Shown here one piece after another: positions 54,295 through 64,000 of a DNA stretch of 64,000 bases. The position numbers and the translations under genes were made by a program. Location of the stretch: assembly GCA_965218295.1 (NCBI GenBank), contig CBDCKN010000009.1:384001-448000 (forward strand), written 5' to 3'. The notes below the pieces were generated by a model. That model worked only from the letters and a program-made list of their open reading frames with translations, was not told where the DNA came from and ran no database searches. Source of the stretch: Longimicrobiales bacterium. Its GTDB lineage: Bacteria; Gemmatimonadota; Gemmatimonadetes; Longimicrobiales; Gaopeijiaceae. Each line of letters opens with the position of its first letter. The first letter of the stretch is position 1.

Positions 54295-54583
54295 GATCGG
54301 GCATGTACTCGTGGGATCTCGATTTCGTAGCTCCACCTCAAGCATCCACCAGCCTAAAGATTCTTCAACGGGCCGCGCTAGTTCTATTCATTACATTGGT
54401 CCTCGCAAATTTTCGGGATTTTGAATCTTCGGTTGGAAGCCAGGGGTTGCTGAAGGTGCTTGTAGCCCTGTTCAGGTCCCCCCCTGAGATTTCATTGGAG
54501 GTCCTCCGATACCGAAACTACCTTTGAAGTAGTGCTTCCACCGTTCCTTGGGTGGTCTGTTCCCCGAGATAGGCTTGCAGATT

Positions 54584-54799
54584 ATGCGCACGACACTCCA
54601 ACGCCATGCCATTGGGCTAGCCCTGGCGCTTCCCTTCTTCCTGCTCTCCACTCAGGACGCTGAAGGCCAGCGCCGAGGCAAGAAGGCAAAGGAAGAGGCG
54701 AAGGTCACCGCCGAGATCACGGCGGAGTTCACGCTGACGATTGGCGTCCGTGAGCAGATCCGCGAGTACTACACGGCCAATCCGCAGCCCGAGCTGGAC
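54584..54799 (+). pseudogene. secreted protein N-terminus truncated by the IS3-like element
   Basis: Signal peptide and ...REQIREYY... run into the IS end at 54800. Confidence 0.55.
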
Positions 54800-54866
54800 G
54801 GAACCTGTCAACGCCAGTGAGACACTCGGAGCCTGTCAACGCCAGTGAGACACTCTTGGGAATTAA

Positions 54867-55874
54867 TTAGAGAGCAATCTCCTGTGTAGTGAGGGATGGG
54901 GTGGGAGGATTGATCCAGACGGCCTCCGGGAGTGGTTTAGGCTTCGGCTCACCGGAGACGAAGCGCTCGGGATGAGCGGCCCATGCCTCACGGAGCACGG
55001 CCTTCCTGCAGGCGATGATCCGATCGGCGTGACCGAAGTGGACCTGTTCGGGGGTCAGCATCGAGATGCCGCCATGGCGGTGCTCGGCATTATACCAACG
55101 GAAGAACGAGCGACAGAAGGTCTTGGCTTGCCCCTGATCCCCGAACCGGCCGGGAAACGAGGGATGGTACTTCAAGGTCTTGAACTGAGCCTCGGAGAAC
55201 GGATTGTCATCCGAGACCTGGGGTCGGCCCAACGAGCGGGTCACGCCGAGATCGGCGAGTAGTTGAGCCGTGCATTGGCTCGTCATCGGAGCCCCTCGAT
55301 CGGAATGCAGGGTCAGGAGGTGGGGCTGGACGCCATGCTTCAAGCAACTCTGCTGGATCAGCCGGCTGGCCAGGGCAGAGTTCTCCCGATCCGCCACCAT
55401 CCATCCCACGACGTAGCGGCTGAAGATGTCCAGGATCACGTAGAGGTAGAAGTAACTCCACTTCTTCGGCCCCAGCAGCCGGGTGATATCCCAGGACCAG
55501 ACCTGGTTCGGGCCCCTCGCCATCAACTCGGGCTTCTGGTATTTGGGATGACTCCGCTGCGCTCGACGCTCCTGAACCGGCACCTGGGAAGCCAGAACGC
55601 GATACATCGTACGCTCGCTGCACAGGTAGACGTCCTCGTCGAGCAGCGTCGCCACCACCTCGGCTGGGGACCGGTCCACGAACCGCTCCGAACACAGGGT
55701 GTCGAAAATCTTGTCCCGCTCCCTCTCACTTAAGGCCCGGGCGGGGGTCGGGCGGGGCTGCTGATGCCCGGTCGATGCACTCCGACGACGGTAGAACGTG
55801 GCTCGCGGCACCCTGAGCGCATCGCACGCGGGCTTCACCCCTACGTGCTTGGCTAGCTCCTGGGTCGCCTTCAT
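54867..55874 (-). CDS. IS3-like OrfB DDE transposase
   Basis: PNQVWSWDIT, LDIFSRYVVGW, HSDRG, DNPFSEAQFKTLKY. Confidence 0.93.
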   Translation of the reverse strand: MKATQELAKHVGVKPACDALRVPRATFYRRRSASTGHQQPRPTPARALSERERDKIFDTLCSERFVDRSPAEVVATLLDEDVYLCSERTMYRVLASQVPVQERRAQRSHPKYQKPELMARGPNQVWSWDITRLLGPKKWSYFYLYVILDIFSRYVVGWMVADRENSALASRLIQQSCLKHGVQPHLLTLHSDRGAPMTSQCTAQLLADLGVTRSLGRPQVSDDNPFSEAQFKTLKYHPSFPGRFGDQGQAKTFCRSFFRWYNAEHRHGGISMLTPEQVHFGHADRIIACRKAVLREAWAAHPERFVSGEPKPKPLPEAVWINPPTPSLTTQEIAL

Positions 55875-56320
55875 GAGTTCGTCCCGTCCTCGAGGCTCAA
55901 TCCCAGCAGCCCTGCAACTTTTCCCTGGACGTCGATGATCAAGTGCGCCTTCTGGAGCTCCTTCTCGAGGCGAGTGTTCTCGCGCTCCAGCTTGCGCACC
56001 TTCTCCTCCAGCGGATTGCGCTCGCGCTTACGGCCTCGTTTCTTCGACAGCGCTTTCAGGGACCCGCTATGCGCCGCCTTGCGCCATGTCGTCAGGTGCG
56101 ACGAGTATAAGCCCTCCCGCCGTAGGAGTCGGCCAACCTCTCCGGGCTCCGTGCACCGGTCCGCTTCTTCGACGATCCGCAGCTTGTACGACGGAGCGAA
56201 CCGCCGGCGCAGCGGCCTATCTACCACCTCCGAGTCCGCAGGAGCTGCCGCGCTTCGCTTACCGTCCCAGGTTGGTGGGGCTATTCCATTCTCTTTCATT
56301 CTCTCACGGTGTCTCAGCAT
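55871..56320 (-). CDS. IS3-like OrfA (HTH + coiled coil)
   Basis: RRRF...YKLRIV.EAD, LLRREGLYSSHL..WR; ATGA overlap with orfB. Confidence 0.9.
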   Translation of the reverse strand: MLRHRERMKENGIAPPTWDGKRSAAAPADSEVVDRPLRRRFAPSYKLRIVEEADRCTEPGEVGRLLRREGLYSSHLTTWRKAAHSGSLKALSKKRGRKRERNPLEEKVRKLERENTRLEKELQKAHLIIDVQGKVAGLLGLSLEDGTNS

Positions 56321-56395
56321 CCTCGGTTTCTCTGCCTTCGCCCTACTCTAATTCCTTAGCTGCTCCGTGTCTCACGTAAGTTGGCAGAGAGGGAA

Positions 56396-56626
56396 CGTGA
56401 GATATCTTCCGGGCTCCCCGGACATTGCGAACAAATCCAAGCGAAAGGCGCTCTTTGTACATGGATGTTTCTGGCACTACCACAAGGGGTGTCCACGGGG
56501 GACGGTCCCAAAGAGGAATTCCGCCTACTGGGAGGAGAAACTTGAGCGGAACCGTGAACGAGATCGGCAGAAGACTGAAGCCCTTTCTGGCCTCGGCTAC
56601 ACGACATACTCGTGGTTTGGGAATGC
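56396..56626 (+). pseudogene. vsr: very-short-patch-repair endonuclease remnant
   Basis: LPGSPDI, FVHGCFWH.H, W..KL.RN..RD; GYDILVVWEC after removing a duplicated ac. The 5' end is lost at the IS3 end. Confidence 0.85.
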
Positions 56627-56905
56627 CGTTCTGCGGTACGGAGATGCAGAGACGCTCAGCCTCGGGCGGGCGCGGGCATTGCTCGATGCGTTGAAGCAGC
56701 TATCGGTGGAAGACCCTTATTTCAGATCTGAGGATTGGGGTCCACATGCCGCTGCGGGACTGATGCGTGAGGAACTCAAGGACGACATCCTGGCCATCAT
56801 CGATGCGCCCGACCACGCGCAGCTCACGAGTTTCCTCCTTGAAGCTATGGTTGGCACACCACTCGCGCGGCAACTTCGCCCCGAATTGGAGGCAATGCTG
56901 TTCGC

Positions 56906-58283
56906 GAGCTAGGATCAAAGGGTGTGTAAAAAGAGAGGCGACGTACCTTTCCGCTGAGTAATAACCAGCGAACTCCGGGTGACAGCCCGGGGGAAAGGAA
57001 CGACGCCTCGTGAGGAAGAATACGGTGGGACCCGAGGGTGAGTCCAGGACGCCCGTGTGGGAAGTTCTGGAAGAAGTGGTTCGGGAGAAGGCGCAGGAGT
57101 TCATTCAACAGATCTTGGAGGAGGAAGTCACGGAGTTGCTAGGGCGAGAGAAGTCAGAGCGCAGGAGGGTGGTGGACGCGACCGAGGGCTACCGCAACGG
57201 ATACGGCAAGCCGAGGCGGCTGGCGATGAGCTCGGGCACGATCACACTCCGACGCCCTCGAGTTCGAGGCCTTGAGGAGCGGTTCGAGAGCCGCGTGCTG
57301 CCGTTGTTCGCGAGGCGGACGAAGGAGCTGGGCGCTCTGCTTCCGGAGCTGTATCTGCACGGACTGGCGGAGGGAGACTTCGAGTTGGCGATGCGGGGCC
57401 TGCTGGGCGAGGGGGCACCGCTGTCGAAGTCTTCGATTCGGCGGCTGCGGGCGGGATGGACGGCGGAGTTCGAGGAATGGAGCCAGCGTCGCCTGGAGGG
57501 TCGTGAGGTCGTCTACGTGTGGGCGGACGGGATCTATGTGAAGGCAGGGCTGGAGCGGGACAAAGCGGCGCTGCTGGTGGTGCTGGGTGCCATGCGAGAC
57601 GGGACGAAAGAGGTGTTGGCCCTGAGAGCGGGCTACCGAGAGTCGGTCGAGTCCTGGTCCGAGGTGTTGCGGGACCTGAAGGCACGCGGCATCGAGGCGC
57701 CCCGGCTTCTGATGGCGGACGGTAACGCTGCGATCTGGGGCGCAGTACGGCAGGTATGGCCTGAGGCGGGTGAGCAACGGTGCTGGAACCACAAGATGAG
57801 GAACGTGCTGGACCGACTACCTCAGCGGGAGCAGGGCGAGGCGAAGGATCTTCTCCGGGCCGTGGTCTACGCACCGAGCCGGGCCGAGGCCCTGAAGGCC
57901 CGCGAGGTGTTCGCCCGACGCTATAGGCCGTGGTATCCGAAAGCAGTGGACGTACTCGAGGACGACTGGGAGCGGATGGTAGCGTTCTACGACTTCCCCG
58001 AGGACCACTGGAAGCATCTACGCACGACGAACGTGGTCGAGAGCCCGTTCGCCGCGGTACGGCTCAGGACGACAGCAGCGAAGCGGTTCAAGCGGGTCGA
58101 GAGCGCTACGGCGCTAATCTGGAAGTTGCTCTTGGTGGCTGAGAAGCGGTTCCGAAGGCTCGACGCTCCTCACCTCCTCAAGGACGTATTTGAAGGAAGA
58201 AAGTTCGAAGACGGAAAGCCCGTCTCACACCAACAGCGGAAGAACGCCGCCTAATACGTTTACACACCTATTGACCCAACCTC
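56906..58283 (+). mobile_element. IS256-family element A, copy 1 (transposase 57010-58254)
   Basis: 25-bp imperfect IRs GAGCTAGGATCAAAGGGTGTGTAAA; 8-bp TSD CTGTTCGC; WADG, DG, QRCWNHK, RTTNVVES. Confidence 0.95.
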
Positions 58284-59773
58284 CTGTTCGCTCGAGACCG
58301 TGACTATCAGGAGCGGTTGCGAGCTACCGCTGCAATATCCGCTGAAGGCAGTGTCTACGATCGGGAAGCCCTTATTCGCCAGCTTCTCGAATTGAACGAC
58401 GGCGATGCTGCGCGGCTCGCATTCTACCTCCTCCACGAGGTCGGGGCGGGGGCCGTTTCCGCAGATATTGTCTTGGACACCGTCTTGGCGTTTCCGGGGC
58501 TTGACGCGAAGCGTGATCCCACTTCGACATCCGGCGAGATCTGGTACCCGCCCGACAGTCTTTTCCGTGGCCTTGGTGTCGACGAGATCCCGACACTTCT
58601 CGACCGCTTGGTCGAACGGGTGGGACCGTCGCTGGAGGACGCCAACCACTCCGCGAGGTCATTCCTCACGGACTCGGTGACACACCTCGTAATCCGGACT
58701 CTCGAGGGCGATCCCGAAATCGAGCCGGAGCGCCTATGGGCGTGGCTCGGCTGGATAGAAGAACGCGACTCTCTCGCCAGGGACAGCCGAGAACAGCTCA
58801 CCGCAGTATTCCGAGAGAACCGAGCTCTTCGTGCGGCGCTTCTGAAACATGTGCTACTGACGCCGCGCGCCGACAATCTCTGGATGGCCCATGATCGCCT
58901 CGGGGAAATGGGATTCGGCCTGGATCCAACAAGTGAGGACCTTGCGGGCGTGCTGAGGGCCCTGCGCACACGGGCAGACGATGGCCCGATAGATCCAAAC
59001 ATGTGGCGCGACCTCTTGCGCCTTGACTGTTCTCCCATCGTGCGGGATACGGCTGCCGAAGTGGCAAACGCGGACCCCGAACTGCTGTCCATAGTCACCG
59101 AGATGTCTGAGGTAGTCGCGCCGGAATGGAGGGTCCGAGAGGAGCAGCGCAGAGCTCGCATGAAAGCGGAGCAACAGGAGAGTTATCAATCCCATCGCGA
59201 TACGCTTGCCGAGAACGCTACGGACGTTGTCGCTGGCGATTTCCGCTTTCTGGCCTTGCCGGCCGCTGTGTATCTCAATCGAAGCAATGCGCTCCCTAGA
59301 CATTTCCGTCTTGATTCCGAGGCATCCCCGCAAGAGCGTCTGAGCATTTTTCTCGGCGACACACTCAGTGAGCAGGTGTTCTCAGGCTTCGTGGCGGTCC
59401 TGAGTCGTAGCGACTTGCCGAGCGCTTCCGAAGTCGCCCAAGCGCATTGCAAAGACAAACACTGGAACGTCGAGGCGCCCATGATATGCGGTGTCGCCGG
59501 GATGCTTCGCCAGGGCTGCCCGATCGATACCGTCGATCGGGGCACGCTCGCCGCAGTCTACATGGCATGGCAACGAGCTCCAGAGTCAAACGTTGTTGGG
59601 CCAATGGACATCGGGCCGGCCCTCGAAGCGGTCCTGTTCACAACGGAAGAGGACGAGGAAGCCCACTTCCGCACCAGCATAGAGCCTCAGCTGCGTCGCA
59701 ACCTAGAACACATCCGCGAGTTGCACCGGCTTGTCGAACAACCCCGCTTCTCCGCGCTGGCAGGCCGCCTCGC

Positions 59774-62616
59774 GATGGTGTCCCGCTGACAGTTGAAGGT
59801 GGTGGCTCCGGAGAGTCTCCTTGTTAGCCTGCCTTTCTCATTTCGGCAACCGGTTCATGGTCGTCGAGGTGGGCCCTGAGCATCCAGAGCTGGTCGTAGC
59901 CGATGATCCTCCGGTAGCTCTTCTCGGTCTCCACGAACGAGGCCGCAGCCCAGCGCAAGGCCATCGCTCCGTTCTTCCAGTTGGTCACCCTGCGGGTCTT
60001 CTGTCTTACGCCCGAGTGGGTGCTGTCGATCAGGTTGGTCGAGCCCAGGCACTTCCTCAGCCGCGGCGGGAGGCCGAGCCGGTTGATCGTGAACATCTCG
60101 CTGAGGCCTTCGCGTAGGCTGGCCGAGGCCGAGGGGTGGTCGCGCTCGAGCCATCGGGCGAGCTGCTCGAGCTTCTGCTCGCCCTCCTTCGCGTCCAGCT
60201 TCATCGCTGCCCGGAACACCGCCTTCACCTGAGCGTGCTGATCCTTCGGCAGATGACCCAGCACGTTGCGGAGCGAGCTAGGATCAAAGGGTGTGTAAAA
60301 AGAGAGGCGACGTACCTTTGCGCTGAGATTTAAACCAGCGAGCCCGGGTGACAGCCCGGGGAAAGGAACGTCGCCTCATGAGAGAGGATATCGCGGGACC
60401 CCAGGGTGCGTCCAGCAGGCCGATGTGGGAGACGCTCGAGGGGATGGTTAGGGAGAAGGCGCAGGAGTTCATCCAACAGATCATGGAGGAGGAAGTCACG
60501 GAGTTGTTAGGCCGGGAGAAGTCAGAGCGCAGGAGTACGGTGGACTCGGCCGAGGGCTACCGCAACGGATATGGCAAGCTGAGGCGGTTGGCGATGAGCT
60601 CGGGCACGATCACACTCCGACGCCCTCGGGTTCGGGGCGTCGAGGAGCGGTTCGAGAGTCGGGTGCTGCCGTTGTTCGCGAGGCGGACGAAGGAGCTGGG
60701 CGCTCTGCTTCCGGAGCTGTATCTGCACGGACTGGCAGAGGGAGACTTCGAGCTGGCGATGCGGGGACTGCTAGGCGAGGGGGCACCGCTGTCGAAGTCT
60801 TCGATTCGGAGACTGCGGGCGGGATGGACGGCGGAGTTCGAGGAATGGAGCCAGCGTCGCCTGGAGGGCCGTGAGGTCGTCTACGTATGGGCGGACGGGA
60901 TCTACGTGAAGGCAGGGCTCGAGCGGGACAAGGCGGCGCTACTGGTGGTGCTGGGCGCGATGCGAGACGGGACGAAGGAGGTGTTGGCCCTGAGATCGGG
61001 CTACCGAGAGTCGGTCGAGTCCTGGTCGGAGGTGTTGCGGGATCTGAAGGCACGCGGCATCGAGGCGCCCCGGCTTTTGATGGCGGACGGCAACGCGGCG
61101 ATCTGGGGCGCAGTACGGCAGGTATGGCCTGAGGCGGGCGAGCAACGGTGCTGGAACCACAAGATGAGGAACGTGCTGGACCGGCTGCCTCAGCGGGAGC
61201 AGGGCGAGGCGAAGGATCTTCTCAGGGCCGTGGTCTACGCACCGAGCCGGGCCGAGGCGGTGAGGGCCCGTGAGGCGTTCGCCAGACGCTACAGGCCGTG
61301 GTATCCGAAAGCGGTGGACGTACTCGAGGACGACTGGGAGCGGATGGTGGCCTTCTACGACTTCCCCGAGGATCACTGGAAGCATCTACGCACGACGAAC
61401 GTGGTCGAGAGCCCGTTCGCTGCGGTACGGCTCAGGACGACGGCGGCGAAGCGGTTCAAGCGAGTGGAGAGCGCTACGGCGCTGATCTGGAAGTTACTCT
61501 TGGTGGCCGAGAAGCGGTTCCGAAGGCTCGACGCTCCTCACCTCCTCAAGGACGTATTTGAAGGAAGAAAGTTCGAAGACGGAAAGCCCGTCTCAACCCA
61601 ACAGCGGAAGAATGCCGCCTGATACGTTTACACACCTATTGACCCAACTTCTGCGGAGCTTGTGGTTGCGGCACCGCTGGATGGGGTGGCGTTGGCCGAA
61701 CACCTGGCCGATCGCCTTCCTGAGCGCCTTCGAGCCGTCGATCACGAACAGACGCCGCCTGTTCGGGTCCATCCCGCGCTCGACCAGGTCCTCCAGAAGC
61801 GCCCCGGTCACCTCGGCGTTCTCACTCGCTCCTTCCCTCACGCCCAGCACGTGCTTCTTCCCGTCTGAGTCCACACCAACGGCCGCCAGCACGTGGTGCG
61901 AGCCCATCTGGATCCCGTCCAGGTAGATCACCAGCAGGTCCCTCGCATCCAGCCGGCGTTCCATCAGCTCCTTCAGCACGCGCTCTGAGGCCTCGGTCGC
62001 TTCGCGGCTCACCGCCGACTTGCTCACCCCGACCGTGTCGGCCATCTCTGCAATCACACGGCCGTACTTCCGCGTGCTGACCCCCGCCATCAGGATCTCG
62101 AGCATCCGATCCGCTACGGCGCCTGGCCTCCGCATCGCCGTGTACGCCGGCACCTCGACCTCGCCTCCCTCACCTGCGCTCCGCCGCCTGAGCCGTGGCC
62201 GCTCCACACGCACCTTCCGATCCGACAGGTAGACCAGACCACCCTGCCGGCCGTACCACACCGTGTCGTCTTTCGCTCGTGACCGGCCCGCCTGCTTCGG
62301 ACCCGCTACCCCTTCGGCGCTCATCTCCAGCACCGCCTCGATCGTCGCGCGTCCCATCACCTCAATCACCTCGTCGATCGCGAGCTCGGCATGCTCCACC
62401 AACTCAAGCATCGGCAGCAGAAACTGACCCTCCCGCTTCAGGAACTCCCTGATCGCTCGCTTGTCCGCTCGCTCCGTGACCTCGTACGTTCTCTTCATTG
62501 TGGTGGCTCCGTGTTGGGGGTTTTTCCCTGCCCGATCCTACCTGGATCGGGTCCCCCGGAGCCACCACTTCTTTCCTCCCCTATCAGGGACCTTCAACTA
62601 CCGACGGGACAGCTTC
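59774..62616 (-). mobile_element. IS256-family element B, interrupted by element A copy 2
   Basis: IRs GATGGTGTCCCG / GAAGCTGTCCCG; 8-bp TSD CGCCTCGC; transposase 62498-61660 + 60274-59824 rejoins as CRNHKLR|NVLGHLP (429 aa). Confidence 0.92.
60275..61651 (+). mobile_element. IS256-family element A, copy 2 (transposase ends at 61622)
   Basis: Same IRs as copy 1; 8-bp TSD TGCGGAGC; protein nearly identical to copy 1. Confidence 0.95.
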
Positions 62617-64000
62617 CGCCTCGCTGTCGAATGGCTGGGCGCATACCCTGCATTGTCCACCTCCACCCAGGGGCAACTCCTGACCTGCGCGCTTAATAAC
62701 GCCACGTCTGAAATGGTCCGGGCACTCCGAGCTGACATCCAGACGAGTGGCCACTGGGATGACGAGACGAAGACAATTTGGCTATTGGCGGACTATATCG
62801 TCGACTTCGACAGTCACCGCAACGTGCTTGAGGAGGCAGCTGAGGATAACCGAAACTTGCTCTGGACCATCCGGAACCAGGTTCGGCCGAGAGGTCGGGA
62901 GCGATTCCACCGGCTCTCGCTCGACCATCTCGTCTTCATCGTAGAGACTTTCGGCACGCATTGGCCCAGAAGAACATTTCCCAACACCGTCTTTCATGGC
63001 GATGGCAACCCGTGGGATGCAAGCGAGTTCATCGAGCGCTCGATCCATGCGATCGCTAGCCGCCCATCGCCTCAAGCCACCGAAGCATTGCAAAGCCTGA
63101 TCGCGGATTACGCCCCGACGTACGCTGATACGGCAAGGCACGCGCTCGCGCTTCAGCTCAGGACCCGGCGGGACTCCGAATATACCGCACCCACGCTCGA
63201 ACAGCTTAGGGCTGTGATGACGGACGAACTACCCGAGACCATTGATGACATGCGGGCATTCTTTGCAGACCGTATAGCGGATCTCCAAGGGCGGATGCGT
63301 GGCAGCAACACGGACATGTGGGAGGCCTATTGGGTCGATGACAGACCTAGGAAGGAGACCTTCTGCCGGAACCGCCTTATCGAACACATTTCGGGCGCGT
63401 TGCCGGAGTCGATTCGGTTCGAGCCGGAGATGCACATGCCCGGTCAGACGCGGGTGGACATCGCCGCGATCCGGAACACCATCGGGCTACCGGTCGAGAT
63501 CAAGTGCCAATGGCATCGCGAAGTGTGGAACGCCGCGAGCGACCAACTCGATACGAAATATGCGCGTGACTGGCGCGCGCAAGGCCGCGGCGTGTACATC
63601 GTTCTTTGGTTCGGCGACGTTCCCGGGAAGCAGATCCCAGGACATCCGGAGGGTCTCGAACGGCCTGCGACACCTGAAACGCTCAGGCAGATGCTGATCG
63701 ATCGCTTGAGGCGCGACGCCCATTGATCGATGTCCTCGTCATCGATATCAGCAGGTCCATGGGGACCGCCTGAGTTTCACTGATCGACCAGGGTACCACT
63801 CATATGACAATGCCTATGGACTGCTTCGCCTCGTCGTTCCAGGCGGCGGCGCCCTGACCCCGGCGAATGGCTTGATCAGAAGCCTGTCCGCCCGTGCGGG
63901 CGTGACCGATCTCAGTCTTGCCACCCCGTGCGTCCCACAGGCCAGCATCACGCCAATCCGCACCATCATCCAGGATTGGCCGAACGGTTACGCGAGGTTC

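Larger units (their letters stand above)
54800..56395 (-). mobile_element. IS3-family-like element with a tandemly duplicated right end
   Basis: orfA and orfB; end similarity ctg(t/c)caac....gtgagacac; 28-bp tandem copies at 54800-27 and 54828-55. Confidence 0.85.
56627..63773 (+). pseudogene. large helical protein with C-terminal PD-(D/E)XK-like domain (probable defence gene), 5'-deleted and IS-interrupted
   Basis: Segments 56627-56905, 58292-59773 and 62625-63773 join in frame after IS removal; RVDIAA...PVEIK.QWH and GVYIVLWFG motifs. Confidence 0.75.

Noticed and set aside
54300..54540. Lower-GC stretch with short ORFs
   Set aside because: No recognisable product; probably island debris.
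61593..62696. ORF ends RSWVNRCV.. (61593) and the N-terminus of ORF 62461
   Set aside because: Read-through into IS terminal sequence, not genuine protein.

Overview
A GC-rich bacterial window. The gene content suggests Gemmatimonadota (Longimicrobiales-like); this is inferred from the MSDAITRLNAALEGRY-type Ser/Thr kinases and the PadR + ADOP permease pair. Positions 1-46 kb are mostly backbone genes: M20 peptidase, msrA, a GT2/YdjC/two-methyltransferase/GT-C operon, an ABC exporter, DUF1326-DUF2182, a sodium:solute symporter, dnaE, sahR-ahcY and hemB-hemE. This part also holds one eroded patch (19-23.7 kb) and three copies of a CTAG-ended palindromic repeat. Positions 49-64 kb are a decayed mobile/defence region around a solitary tRNA-Ile(GAT). 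It contains: (1) a complete IS1111-type IS110 element whose 3' non-coding region visibly encodes guides matching its own target flanks and end (bridge/seekRNA); (2) an IS481 splitting a TerB-domain gene; (3) a truncated tyrosine integrase whose 3' end is duplicated 4.9 kb upstream; (4) an IS3-like element with atypical ends; (5) a vsr remnant; and (6) a ~970-codon remnant of a large helical protein with a C-terminal PD-(D/E)XK-like domain, cut by three IS256 insertions (one nested) that can be excised exactly in frame. Many accessory genes carry homopolymer frameshifts, which may be long-read errors. All family assignments come from motif recognition by eye; no database search was run.
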